DNA from: Paecilomyces variotii
Lineage: Eukaryota
Strand: one strand, 5' to 3'
NCBI GenBank assembly: GCA_004022145.1
Contig: RCNU01000001.1
Length of the DNA stretch: 64,000 nucleotides
Shown here: in pieces, positions 23,901 through 37,986 of the stretch
How positions within the stretch are numbered: the first letter of the stretch is position 1
Layout: each line of letters starts with the position of its first letter
Notes under the pieces: generated by a model
What the model was told of the DNA's origin: nothing
The model's input: only the letters and a program-made list of their open reading frames with translations
The model's database searches: none
Translations under genes and position numbers: made by a program

Positions 23901-26900
23901 GCCGTTCGGTAAGCACACAAGAAGTCGTCAGCTGGGTGGGTTATGCTATGATCGGTTGGAACTGCTACGGCGCTAGTCAAAGTTCGAATCGACGCAGCGT
24001 TCTTGTCGACCATGGGGGGGATCATGCATGATGCAGCAAAGGTCGGGATCATGACATACTTGGGGCTCAAATCGACCCAAACGTCGATGTGGATGAACGA
24101 CTTAACAAGGGTCATCCTATTTAGTGTCGCTCGAAGAACTCGCTCGGGGTCCTTTCAGGTTATCAGCCAAAATTTGCCCCTTGATCCCCGGAATATCGGT
24201 CATATTGGGCCATCTCGAAACGAACAAACGGTGTCTTACCTGCTTGCGAACCCAGTCCAGCCTGCCTAGAGCGGACAAGTGCAGTCCCCTGAAGTCGCAG
24301 TGCGCCACACTAGAATATGATAAGTGACAGATAACGGCCTCGGAGTGGGTTTGACCAACTATACTAGTCAGTTACATTCGTTGCCCGCGCCGTTCCGGCC
24401 AAAGAGAAACCAAGCCTGATTTGATTGGAGATCTGCGAAGGCATTGCCGACTCGGTTTAAGGGGAAAGCGAAAGAGGCTTCGGGAACCTGGGGTATATAT
24501 CCCGTGTTCTTTAACAGCAGAGGCTGCAGATAGGTCTGTGAGTTAGCTGATGTTAATCTCTCGCAAATGCCGACTGACTTGTCAGATCCCGAGTGCTATA
24601 TTCAGCCAACTCGCCGAGGAATCTCGTCTTCTCTAAGTTTCCTCGATGTGTGGTGTAATACCTCTGATGAATACGGAGTAACTCACATACGATTTCTGGT
24701 CACTGCTGAAACGCGCGATCACAGAAATCAGTGGTGCGGATGGGTCACGTACATGACCCAGTGGCATTCATTCGCCGTTGATCTTGGAACATCGTCATTA
24801 ATTGGCCGTATCCAATCTTCCTTTCCGAAGAGTAAAAGTCTCGGGAGTGCTGCTCCTTACTTTTAGCGCGCACTTAGATACAACCCGAGATGTTCTCAAC
24901 GGAAATGCATGTGTATACCTTATAACTTCGAAGCGAAGAACGTCTTAGTTCTGAGATTGCGCCTGGAATCACGCATACTGTGTGCCAGAGCTTGCATTTC
25001 TGCCCACTTGACGATCATTTGCAGGGACGGTTGGTCTGATTATTGGACGCATTCCAATGACTTCTTGCCAAGATCACTACTTTCAACGTCGCGAATCTTC
25101 AAGCTAGTGAGTCGTAGCTTTTAAACCTGATCTCCAGAGTATCTTACTACCGTCTGGTGGCTTTTATACTGTGATGGGACATCTTGGAGCTGCTGCTGAA
25201 GATGCTTGATTAAGTCAACTAGCTAGGTGGCTCGATCGAGCTGAACTAACTACCTAGGTAGGTAGTTGGCTACTACTCTGCTGACTAACAAGGGGTATCA
25301 TTTTATGGCTCGCGATGCAACTATCTGACCGAAATGTCTGTCTGAGCTTTCCTACAACGAACGAGCGCGAGTGGCCTTTCATTTCCACTTACTTCCTAAT
25401 GAAGAAACCTCATCAAGTGGAATATAGCTAAACATTATCACAGCGTTTAATTGATTTGGTGCTGCATGTAAATTCAAACTGCATACTCCGCATTGATTGC
25501 GGACTCACCGCCCTTGATCAACTGTCCACGGTCATGTTATTATTATTGGCAGCAATGCATGTTACATTGTTCATGGGCCAAGACTTCAAGGTCCTCGCGA
25601 TAGCGATTTAGATCTATAATGACTGATGGCGGATTGCGCGCGGCGTGGTTGTGGTGATGAGGACCGCATTTTGGGGACGATCGAACGTGCGGTTGCCGTT
25701 GGAACTATCGAACCGACACCAGAGTCGTGTTTCCCAACTAGAAATCGCTCATTCTCAACGGGACAGTCATCTCTGCGAAGATCCAGAATTCTCAATACTC
25801 CGTACACGGGCACGGCATCCAACTGAAGCCTTTTTTTAGAAAGCTCAGATCGCTTCAAACTATCGGTCCATGGGTCGATCCGAAGAGCACAATGATAGGA
25901 ATAAGATATGACTTGGCAGCTCCATCGGTTTATTGAGTTTTCGGCTGTGATGATGAGCATCCGCCGTAGACTACGGTAATTCATCTGATCGAACAATGCA
26001 AATGCCCTCCGCTGGAGCTGCAAACCCACGGGGACAGAGTGAACCCAGAAGATCTACATCTCGAACCGGATTGCAATCTTCATTTGATATTAAGGTTGTT
26101 AGCTATGTCCGGTTATCGTTTCAAACCATACTGGGAGCCGCAAACAAGTCATGATCAAAGATGGTTATATCTCCGAGTGGTGTCGGGGATCAGTCCCACT
26201 AGTGGCCACGATCGTCAAGATGTCCATCAACTCCTGGACTAAAGCCACGACTCGCCCGAGACGTTGGCGTCCTGCATCGCGTATCGATCGGCATCTGTCA
26301 CCCTAATGTCAAGGGGCTTGCGAGCGCTTCAGACCTATCAAGTCCTCTTGACAGGGGTGGGACAACTGGGTAGAGCTCCCCGGACAACCCCCCAAGTTCA
26401 ACTACTCCGTACAGATCACTCCGTAATCCGTATACCATATAATACGGACTATGGAGTATGGGTACGTCCTTATACCGATTGGCCTATAACTGGGCTGGGA
26501 GCGTCAAGAATAAGTTTAGACAGCGACTTGTCCCGACCGAAAGGGTTTACCCAAGATGCCTGGAGACCAGCTACTCCTGCACTTCGACCAAAGGGGCAAT
26601 CATTGATCCTCAGGTCCGCCTGCAGTCGATGCTGTGAGCTTCTCATTATTATTATTGTTATTATTGAACTGGCTGGTCCGATCCGCAGTTAACCTAGCTG
26701 GTAACTACAATAATGATATACCACCACTACTAACTACTACTACCACCACCACCACAGCAGCAGAATCAGCGCATGGATGGAAACCGGTACGATCGCTGCA
26801 TTGCCCTGTCGCTTTGGTGGCTGCGATCATGCTCTTCCCATGGACTCTGTCCTGGTCTCTGGCAAGCTGTCCCCATGCGATCCTGAACTTGTCTCACGTC

Positions 26901-29900
26901 AGGTCCACATTCCCATCTTTTGGCACCAAGATTCCGATAGAGCTCGTCCGGCAGGTCAGCGCTGTCTTAAGCTTTTGATGAATAGCCCGCAGTGAGGCTG
27001 ACTAGCGAACACCTCGAACTGTCGGTCTGAAGTTGGGTCCTTGGCGCAGCCGTAGCGAAGGAGAGGAGACGACGAACAGTTAGTTGGATGGGCCGCGACT
27101 TTTTTCCACATCTACGAAGTACGAAACATATTACTGTGTCATCCAAAATATCTGCATTCTGCAGTCGGTCGCTGGCAGGACACCATTAGCCTTCAATTGT
27201 CAACGCCCTCCCATCTGGCAAGATGCTGCAAGGACAACCTGACTCGGTAGAAGCAAGAAGGCTAGTCCGATTTGCTTTAACGTCCATCTACGGCAGGGAT
27301 CAGCACCGGCAAGGGAACATCCTGAAAAGCTTCCGAGATAGATCCCCAGCTCCCGAAGCGCCGTCGACCGTTATGCTCCACTCGACCTTGGCTTTCTGCT
27401 ACCCACACACATCGGCTCCCCCACGGATCAGGGATATGTTGCGATGAAGATGCCATCAATACCATTCTACAGGATATCAGCGGAATCATCAGACCTTGCT
27501 GCATGCATTGATCTACAGATGTGACCATCAAAAGATGTGGGCAGTATTATATCCTAATCGATGAATGTGCAGCGCTGCTAATATCGGAAGGGACCTTCTG
27601 CTTCCTTTTCGACACGTGTGCCGGCACATTCCAGCCCCGATGTCCTACTTCAGATCCTTACGTTTTACTCTGTACTGCAGATCCTATCCTGTCACATCGG
27701 TACTGATCGTTAGTGCTTCTCCCTGCGGTATTCAGCTTGGGCCCATTCCTGGCGACACAAATTAGAAGTGCGAACGAAGATGCTAATCTGTAAGGCGCAG
27801 TTTATTGACCTGGGCTGAAGCGACTAGTCTAGGTCGGAAAGAGCTAAATAATGCTGGTCTGAAAAGCCCCGTGCAAATCCAAGGCTTGTTTTCCATGAAT
27901 CGCCTTCCCACGATTGGAGCGAATTTATGACCCAGTTTCTGCCCCGTGCACTGTCACTACGATCTACGATCAAATGGACCTCAGCCGAGCCTCTCAATTC
28001 CAGCCACTTTGGACGCACTCCTCCTACTCCGTAATACTCTACTTCCCGCCAGTTATACGCCGCGTCGCGCTTCCTGGGTCAGACGAGACCTTTTGCCGCA
28101 AATCCTACTCACAATAATTCGAGTCTACTAGCACATATTAACAAATAGAGAATTATCTATTACCGCCACAGCCCCTCTCTGAGTGACAGCCGACCTTGGC
28201 TCGTCCCTGACCACTGGACCGCAGGATGCAGTTGACTGGAATACGGCTCCACTAGCTTGTGGTAAACTCTCCGATCTCTACTACTTTCTCTTGCTGGTAG
28301 CTTAGAGTTTGCAGGCTCTCTGCACCCTTCCCACACGGTAATTGAACGTGGAGGGACGATATGATCAATGGTATCTTGTCTTTTGTCCATACTACTCAAG
28401 TACATCCATCACCAAATGCTTATCTCTCTTCCTGGATCTTTTTACTCGACACTGAGCACTCCATTTCCACGGGGTTGCGGTGAGGAAAACAAACGATGTG
28501 CTCGTATCGTTTCCTTCGGGTGATCAAGGAGCAGGCTTTCCAACCTACGGAGTAAGTGGTTACAACTTACAAGGGACAATAACTAACTACTACATCGACC
28601 GGTGAAGGGCTTGTCTGTCAAACTGGGTCCTGTGGCACAGGGCCAGAACCCTTCTCTGGTTGCCCTCGAATGGCATTTTCCAGGCCAGCAGTCTGACTAT
28701 CGATCCGCCCGAAACACCTAGAAGACCCCCGCTCTGAAATTAGCTCACCCAGTATTGCGTATTATGTACGGAGTATTATTACATGGCCGCTTCAATTGAG
28801 CATCCTCGACCTAGGAAGATCTCTCAACGATCATGATGATTACTGCTTGCCATCGTCTACTTTCTCAACTCCCATGATCCCTACCATGAACCGTAACCCG
28901 TCAGTAGCGTCTACGTCATGGTCCACGGAACTAGCCATATGATCGGCAGACCGTTAAATTGGCAATATCTCGAATCTGCAAGATTTGCACCACGTATCCG
29001 ACGCTATCACGATGGCGACGTTAAATCGGGACTCCCACTTCCCCAAATGATTCCCCTCCGGCGGTATTCCAAGACAGATTGCTCGGAAAATCAAATACAA
29101 GCTCAATACGGTGTAATAGTTCGTCTTCTAGACTATGCAGAATACGTGATAGATAACCTGCGATATACCTTCTCCGCTGGGTTGAGATGGACAAATACAG
29201 GGCTCAGGTTTCTGAACGTGGAAGTGACGAACGGTGCAATGGAGGTCATGTCGTTCATTCGGCAGCGCGACCCAAGCTTTTCCGAGTTTCGACTCTGTGT
29301 CCGCTTTTCGCTAGTTGGATATTATCATCATATTATTCTACTCAAGCCTACCCTGCTGATCATCGTAACTTGAATCTGATAGTATTTTAGTATGGTCTAG
29401 TGTTTCTAGCGCGGGTGCCAGGGGTCACGAGCTTCCTAGCCGATCGAGATGGGACGGTACGTATGGATTCCCCAGAATCAGATGGGCTGTGGTGCCACAG
29501 ATTCATTAGCCAAGTGCAGAGTCTCGTCTCATAAATTTCGAATCATGAAAAGGACCCGTAATTATGGTACTATCACAAATAAATAAGATTCGCCACACGT
29601 GTAATACCTTGTTAGTCTGGAGTAACACATGTTACGAGAACAGCTCGCTTAGTTATAGCAATGGCATCATGATCGTTGCCGCCACCTAATTATCTCTTAC
29701 TAATGATGAGATCAAGCCTTTTTTTTTTCTCGGTACCAATTGACTGTAACAGTAATGGCCATGTGTCATTCGCCGCAGATTTTAGGGGACAATAATGAAA
29801 TATCTCCGTGCTAATAACATAACTCAGCCTGACAACTCCAAGGTACTGTAAAACTATTAACGCACAATATAAGAGGTCTACTCGACTAAATAGGTACTCA

Positions 29901-30909
29901 ACAGGTTAATATACAGTTTCTCAATTTTCTACCTTCCGCGTATACTTTCATGGGTAGATATCAATCGACACCGGGTTCCCTATATATACACATGCTTTGA
30001 ATGTCTATGCGTGTAGTATTCTAGTTCGTAAACTCAATTTATACGTCCATATGTTCATACCATCTATGTTTCTGATATAAAAAGGAAGCTATATGGTCAT
30101 GTGATACTTCTTTTGTGAATCACACTCTTTAATTGCTTTTTTTATACAAACAAGTACCAGATATAGTCTACGGTAGTTCTTGTACTTAATAAGTAAAAAT
30201 TATTCTCAAGTCTTATGTATATTCCCCACAATCTATTTGTATTATCGTTTTAATATCGGTCGTTATATTTGGTATTGTGGTGAAGCTGTGTATATATATA
30301 TTGATAGGCGTACACATTGCTGCGTAATATATTTATCCCGAAAAGTCTTAGTGTAGACTATAACGAATTGCTTTTTTTGAGATTGAAATGTCTTTTAAAG
30401 CGAATGGACTTTATCCTGGCATAGCGTGCAGATAGAACAATTAGGGTTGACTGCTTATTGCAGAAAGTTCTATGATCACGCTACTATAGTAGACGTGCCT
30501 GCTGGAGGACTTCTACTTCCATATATTATGACTTTGAGAAATATGAATGGACAGAGCAAAGATTATCTTTCCCACATAAAACTTAACGTCAACGTGATCC
30601 AAGTGAGTTATGGTGGGTAGCGAATCCATGGTAATGGGACTGTACACGAGACTGATCTATCATGCAGCCAGCATGCGAGACGTGAAGAGGGTTGTTATCA
30701 CATTGGCAATGTCTTTTCCTTGCATATGCCACGTGGACTTGTGCGAAGTAGTAAGATAAAGTCCTGTTACCGGACCTGAGAGCTATGTAATTATTACTAT
30801 TACGGCATACATTGAAGGCGATAGGGTCATAGCTCCCATGCAATGGTCATAGTCATGAGACTATTCTCACAGATTATGCAGAGAGCCAAGGCGATTCTAC
30901 CAATCCTGA

Positions 30910-32753
30910 TCATCTCCAGTATGCTTTGGCGATCGAATTGATATAGTCGATCCCCTCCCCACGCCACGTGTCCGGCTCCATGTGACTGGTAACGTTGGCA
31001 TCGAAAAGGAAGTCAGCAGGCTTATCTTGTGAATAGGAAGTCCACTTGTTGGTAAAATTGCGCACTCCACTGTTAGGATCGAGATCGTGGATGAACGAAG
31101 CCCACATGCTGGTCATGAGCTTGCTGAGCTCTGCATACGAAGGGGGAGTGCCTGCAAACGGTTTGCCATAGTGATATCCCGTCCCGTTGATGTTATTGAA
31201 TACGAAAGAAACTTCCTCGAAGTGGGTGGCGCCGACCAGATACGGGACATCTGCGGAGTGGACATTGAACCGATAACAGTAGGCTGGTATCGATGCACCA
31301 GCCCATGTCTCGCTTTGTTTACGGCGATTGGCGTGCATTTCAGCATCGCCTGCATAAGCACTTGTTCGACGCCACTCGTAGCCCTTGGAAGGAACTCGCT
31401 GGTCACCTAGGAAGGCGGGAATGCCTTGTGATGGGTCGTCTGGGTACAGATCGAGAATGCGTTTCGCAACCAAACCAGGGAGCTTTATTCCAGCTGAACC
31501 ATCTATATCCCAGATTAATTAGTCGATTTTGACAAAACAACATCACAATGAAATGAATTCCCACCGACCTGTCAGATATTCGTAAAATTGCTGCGTGGTG
31601 TTAATGCCCGTTGGCCCAAAAGCAGTTCCTTCATCTGTGTTTGTCCCTGAAATAATGGGAGCCTTGACAAATTCGCCATTGGCAAGCTGAACACTGCCCC
31701 AGTTCCGTATAAAATCTCCATCTACGACGGGCCAAAAGCTGTATTGGGGGTTACCATCGGTGCCGTTGAGAACCGAGTTGAGGGTTTCAAAGGGAGCTTC
31801 ACGCAAGCATTGTAAGGTATCTGTCGCGTTGGAGCAGCCGACCCCGGCGAGGATGGAATCATAGGAAGCTTGGTAGCCAGTGGAATTCATAGGGTTCGCC
31901 GCAATGGACCCTCCGGATTCCATAATGGCTGCACGAAATAGTCCGTCGTCTCTTCCACCATAGGCTGTGAGATGGGCTCCCACCGATATAGCACCCGCAG
32001 ATTCGCCCCAGATTGTGACCTTTTTGGGATCACCACCAAAAGCATGGATGTTTTCCTGGACCCATTGCAAGGCCAGCCTTTGGTCCCGGAGTCCAAGGTT
32101 GGTATTTCCTGTCCCTTGGACTTCGCTTGAACTAATGAATCCCCATGCTGATACTCGGTAATTGAAGGAAACAGCAATGAATGGCTTTCCTGTATTTTGG
32201 TAAGTATATTTCTCTTTTCTATATCCTGTTCAATGAGCGTACCGATTTCATATGCGTTTTTCAGTATATAGGACATGTTATACCGCTGATCGGATCCAGA
32301 TCCTTCATAAAAGCCACCTCCATGGATCCAAACTCCCACAGGAAGATTCGAAAGCTCATTTGCAGACGAGCTACGAACGACATTTATCGTGAGACAGGCC
32401 TCAGACATAGGATACCAGATGGAGTCTGTCTGTTTGACCCTCTGTCAGTGAAAGTTTTATCCCACCGGAAAAATATAACATACTCCATACCCCACGCAGA
32501 TATCTGAATATTTCTTCGCATCGCGTTCACCTTCCCAGCTCTCGTTCAGAGGCTGGGGTACAGCAAACCGCAGATCACCCACAGGCTGTTGAGCATATGG
32601 CATGCCCAGAAAGAAATCCTGATTGTATTCTTCGTTCCAGACCCCGGCATATGTCCCATTAATAACATGCGCTATGGGTTTAGAACGTGCAACCGGAGTA
32701 GCGGCCGCCAACACCGCAGCGAGAAGGCCGAGAGAAGCGAGTATGGTCTTCAT
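30910..32753 (-). CDS. Secreted type-B carboxylesterase/lipase, ~556 aa; exons 32753-32484, 32429-32243, 32189-31569, 31502-30910
   Basis: Signal peptide, FLGMPYAQQP, SEACLTINV and WIHGGG oxyanion motif; catalytic triad GESAG / NTDEG / THFEEV. Three GT-AG introns; exons sum to 1671 nt. Confidence 0.93.
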
Positions 32754-34858
32754 GATGTCACCTCGTAAAAGCGCCCAGTTCCTACCGGCTGTATCGCAGC
32801 CATGTCCGCAGGTATCGATCTTAATATATGTGTGTGGCGGGGGCATATAGGAACCGGCAACCACAAGGTACAAGGTCTTTATGCGGAGATTGCTCCTCAA
32901 AAGGCTGATTTACCGCTGCACGGAGCAAAGGCGCGCAAGACCATGGATTTGAGGGGTTCCTCACTAATCATTTTAGGAGATATCGGGAGGGGCTTTATCC
33001 GGAGCAGGTTAATAAAATAAACGGGATATAGACCTGACATGTGGAGAAAAGGAGTCAATGTGGGGTTCTCCAGTCGACGGAACAGTCTATCAGTCGGAGA
33101 TCGCGGCTATCTTGTGATGTTTCTGTCCCCAAGTCATGTAGAGTTGAACGTCTGCTGTCTGAGTACAACTCGAACTCGGAGAAGGAAATCAATTGATCAA
33201 ACTGAGCCCTGCGTGAAATAGATAAGTAGCGGGTAATATTGATCTGGCGATCAGGCTGATTCTTATTTTTATCCCCCACGGGTTTCTCCGGAGATTATCC
33301 GTGAAAGCGCCGATCTGGTTTTTGAGACCATGAGATCAAACCTAACGAAATCAGTACCAGCATGGGATTTGACTCTTCTGGGAACATAATAATGTTACTA
33401 TTCTCATTGTTAACCCCGCACTGTACGTACGAGTGCGTTATGTGCCTTGGGTCAGGATATACTTCCAATCTATTTTTCAAAGGTCGTCCTCTTAACAGAG
33501 AAACAGGTCCATAATAAGAGGAATTAAGGCAGGCATGGATACCTTGAAAGATGGACTAACAGTAAGCGGGTTGGTGGCAGGTAATTATCTCAATAGGTTG
33601 ATGATATAGCTCTGAGAGTTAAACTAAAAGTGGTTCCCTCCAAATGTTTGAGAGAAATGCACCGTGTTCGACGATGTACATATGTGTGCAGCGATAAGTA
33701 AATTGATCTCTAGAGAGAGCAGAAGCCTATGGAACGAAGGAATATTATATACATAACACCCTACACTCTATATTGTCGAATGCAGACTAGTCGAAGCGAG
33801 TCTCGAAAGGTCGTTTATTTTTTGAAGAGTATATAGAACATATCCACAACATTGTTGATGAATAAGTTTGGCCCTAAAGACAGGTTTATATGGAAACAAG
33901 CGACTTATTCTAGATTATAATATTCCTGGACAGCACCTAACAAGTTACAGGTGGCATATATATGCCCTTTGAACAATACGAGATTACTGCTTAATCACAA
34001 GCCTCTAGTTATAACAAACATTTCATCTATCATCATCCATAGGCCTCGACGAGATTCCACTAGATCTCAAACAATGTTCCACAACACAACAGCCACTACC
34101 ACATGACAGGGCTAAAAACAACCATGTAACCCTCATTTTCCAGCTAATCATACGTGTCACTTCTTATAAAAAAGATGAAGAAAAATAGACCGAGAGCCCC
34201 CATTCATCCAAAAGGCTATTGGTTGATTATCGTGCTGCAATATACGCATTTTCAACCACTCAGAGTCCACGACTAAAAAGACAATCAGCTGAACGAGACA
34301 AGCTCGGCCCCAGAATCGTAGGGTTGTACAATGTACGACGACACTTAGCATTATCTACTCTCGTCTCGAGTCTCGGCCCCCGGCAGCTTTTGTGATTGGA
34401 TAGATGGGAAATATTCGAGATTACGATCGTGACGAATAGGACTCGAGCGGAAACGTTATACGTCGCCTTATATTACTGTCGTGTCGTTCGTATTAGCCAG
34501 ATAGAGAGTCTGATGCTGCTAAATGAGAGGAATCCGTGGGAGTATATTTGTCATAATGGCCATGCAGCTTGTCTTAGTCGTATACTATACTCACGTGGAT
34601 CTGAATCTTGCAGGAAGATATGTTTTACGAGCTTGTGACATGTACAGTAATATGTTACCGTGGGCAATTGGAGATCTGATTTATTGCTGAGATTATATGA
34701 CCTGTATTTCCTATTTCTTCTGATGCTTTACAAAGTGCTGGTAGCGAATGTTACAGTGATTCTAGACGTCTAAAATATCATCTCCTGACCAATACGTTGC
34801 ATTCTTGAATTACACCCCTCCCCAAAGCGCCAAAAGTTGAAGACGTAGATTTATAGAA

Positions 34859-35398
34859 ATGTCTACAGCAAAAGAACCCCTTGACAAGACTACGGCCAGC
34901 GACAACAAACAGCCACCATCTAAGACCGAAGAACAAGACACGAACGCAACTTCCGACAACACAGCAGCGTCGAAATCAGCAAATGAATCAACAGATGTCA
35001 CAGTCTCTACTCTCATATCCATCACAAACTCCTTCCTCTCCGCTCTCAGTAACAAATCCAGACCCGAGTTCGAAAAGCACTGCCTCAAAGCGGCTGGGAT
35101 GGCGCTGTGCGCGCCTCAACCGGCTCCTGTCCGCTTCTGCAGTATTGATACCTTCATTGATCGCGTCACAGCCATGCGTGATGAGATCCACGAAAGAGGA
35201 TGGAACCACGAAGTCAAGCTGTACGAGGAGGGGAATATGGCAACGGTGTGGGTGCCGTTTCGGGCGAAAATCAACGGCGTCGTCGACCATGTGGGGGTGA
35301 ATCTGTTCATTTTGCACAAGTTGAACGGGGTGTGGAAGATTACGGGAGTGGCTGATTCTTCGAGGAAGCCGACAGATGAGGAGAGACAGATGGAGTGA
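34859..35398 (+). CDS. Small NTF2/SnoaL-like fold protein, intronless, 179 aa
   Basis: Low-complexity S/T/N-rich N-terminus, then a compact domain ending MATVWVPFRAKINGVVDHVGVNLFILHKLNGVWKITGVADS, the beta-strand pattern (A.VW..F...G.N.F.L.K..G.WKI) of NTF2-like proteins. Recognised from memory, not searched. Confidence 0.75.
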   Translation: MSTAKEPLDKTTASDNKQPPSKTEEQDTNATSDNTAASKSANESTDVTVSTLISITNSFLSALSNKSRPEFEKHCLKAAGMALCAPQPAPVRFCSIDTFIDRVTAMRDEIHERGWNHEVKLYEEGNMATVWVPFRAKINGVVDHVGVNLFILHKLNGVWKITGVADSSRKPTDEERQME

Positions 35399-35631
35399 GA
35401 GATGTTGCGATGGTTAAGTGGTTGTTGGATACGAGAATGTGTTAGACCAGGAAACTATTGCATGGATAGTAGAAAGCCTAGTTGGTATCCATATCGTTCG
35501 ATCTATCTTGCTATCAATATGTGTAAATGCGCTAGTATCATAAAAGTGACATATCCAAGCAGTTGCCAATCGCCTTCTATAGTATGATTTTAACTGAAAA
35601 ATGAAGGCATGTGTCGTGAGATGTGTCCAAG

Positions 35632-37986
35632 TCACGGTTTTCGACCGCTCAGCATCTCCCACCCAACAGTTCCATTTTCGCCTTCTTTATACGTCATTTC
35701 CTTAACCGCTTCGACAAGATCGTAACAGATCTTCTCGGAGACTGCGCTGTCATGTTTGTATTCAGGATGCGTCGCAACGAACTCCCGAATCCAGCGAGCA
35801 CCAGTCCAAAGAGTACCGTCGGCGCGCTTTCGGATAAAGTCAAGGTATCGTGCTAGGGCACACCGCGTCTCGACATCCACATTGACGCTGTTCAGGTACG
35901 ACTCAACCAGAGGAATAAGACCCGGGAATGTGCCATCTTCCGACCCGTTGATGATGTCGGAGATGGTCATGAGCTCGTACTCAGACTCAACAGGACCGAG
36001 AGGTGGAGATGGGGGTGGCGTACTGACGGCAGAGCCCCCAGCCGGGGTAGCAGCAGAGCTACCATTGCTGTTATACCTTGGTACACGGTGATGGAATGGA
36101 TCCTTGCGGAAATAGAACTTCCGGTCAAGCACAGCGTTACGTGCGTGGGCGGTCTCCATATTCTCTGTTGTACGCTGAATAGGAATATAGAAATTAAGGT
36201 CGAAGCTGAGAATGACGCGAGTAATGAGAACTATGAAGATGCTGAAGGCAGCATTTTCGAAGTCCGTTATTTGGATCTCCATCGATCGGAACTCGACTCG
36301 CCAGCCAATGTCCTTATCGGGTGGCGGGGGCTTAAATCGCATATGCTGCCAATTTGTCGACTGGAGATTCTCGAAGTGATCAGTGGAATTCAAATCGAGC
36401 TCCTTCATGTCTTCTGAAAATACCACCAGAGGGTCGCGGATAAAGAGGTGTGCGAAATGTGTTGCCAAGAGGTCGTCCATGCCACCATCGATCAGACGCT
36501 TCTTGAGATCTTCATCCACGACGAGATCCGGGTCAAGATATTCTTTTCGGAGCCTTGGGTCTTGGGAGATATACGTAGAGTTCGAGGCATATCGCGACTT
36601 GGGTATCCGCCACCTGTCGTTCTTCAGGGGCTAACGATACAGATTAGTCTCTCGCCTCATATACGGAACGACATTACTTACGAGTTCTCCAAGCTCCTCT
36701 CGCGTTCTGCAATCGACGGATGCGCCGATCTGATTCCATCGAACATCCGTGTCCACAAGGAATCCCTTATAGATAGGCGTTGCTGCTGTCAATGCCAGCA
36801 TGATGGGCCCCAGCGGGCTCAGTTGATCGTACAACTTTCTGCCTTCTGTGATATTCTTTGCTTGGAAAGTGATCTGTAGACAGCAGCTTCCCATTCCGAA
36901 TGCCATAGCGTCCATATAGACATGATTTTCTTTGGCCGCGCCGTTGCGCACATCATCGTCTTCTGGCCACTTATGGAGATCATAATCGACAGTTGGGTCG
37001 TGAAAAGGCCACGGTGTATTCTCATCTCTGAAGACCGGAACATTGATTTCCACTTTGCGCCCTCGTCGTGACCTGATATTTGCTGCTAGTGTTGGAAAAC
37101 GAATGTGCGGATTGGCGATCTCATCAGGCACGAACTGAGAACGCAGAGCTGGTCCTGACGGGGGATAATATGGCACGATGTAATCATCCTTCGTACCAAG
37201 TCTCGGGAAAGTAGTGAGAGTAATCGGGAATTCACTCGGATCCATGTGTGCTTTGGCGATATCTCGTCTGGGATAGCTGTCAGATGGCACGACGAAAACC
37301 AACATTGCGTGAATTATACCTCCAGCGCATATTAGATTCCACTTTCAGCAAGTCCTTGAAATCGATGCCCCACGGTCTTCCCGGCGTAGCCTCCAGCATG
37401 AATCGTCCGAACTCGGGGTGAAAATGAGGTAGCGCATCGCTATCGCTAAGAGAGAATCAGAGCTGCCCAGCACCGATATAGTGGACATGGTGGATTTACT
37501 GTGATATCTTCAATCCTGGTACGCTGCCACCTGCCTTCCATTCCGCCTCATCTTCGGCCAATGATTTCAAAATCTCCGCTTGGGCCAGGGAAAGCCGGAC
37601 TTTCTGAGCCTTATCATCGACCGCTACGACGAGGTATTCGACCTGATATAAGAAAGATAGTCAGATAATTGGCGTGACCATTATTTAGGAGCCAAACGTA
37701 CCTCATCTCCCCACAGGAGTGCATCCCGTTCCTTCCCCTTTGCTCTATTCCATGTTGCCAGAAGTTGCTATGGCGCTTTAGCAACGATCATTGACAGACA
37801 TTTCCCCAAGATAACGATAACCCTGGGGCATATCGGAAATGAACACCAACCTCAATTCCCCATCTCCGCACTTGATCCGCTTTTTGCTTAGCCTCTGGCC
37901 AGTCCAGCGCAGTTCCGAGGGCTCTGAAATGATCAACTGTCAGCACTGTGCTAGATGCGGGGTGAATTCTCATACAGCAGACCCAT
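35632..37986 (-). CDS. gcs1: Glutamate-cysteine ligase catalytic subunit (gamma-glutamylcysteine synthetase), ~667 aa; exons 37986-37976, 37923-37851, 37767-37702, 37642-37500, 37445-37320, 37267-36682, 36630-35632
   Basis: MGLLALGTAL start, LLWGDEVEY, HPEFGRFMLEATP, YMDAMAFGMGSCCLQITFQ, HFENLQSTNWQHMRFKPPP and GWRVEFRSME. Six GT-AG introns with consistent phases; exons sum to 2004 nt. Confidence 0.96.

Noticed and set aside
23034..28775. Nonamer copies as a CRISPR-like array
   Set aside because: Only 9 bp, mixed orientation, irregular spacing of 0.2-1.6 kb, eukaryotic context and no cas genes.
29850..30420. AT-rich stretch as a RIP-degraded transposon
   Set aside because: Short, with no terminal repeats or transposase remnants; fits the terminator side of the carboxylesterase gene.
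30441..30449. TTAGGGTTG as a telomere seed or telomerase-RNA template
   Set aside because: Single short match expected by chance; no array or supporting structure visible.
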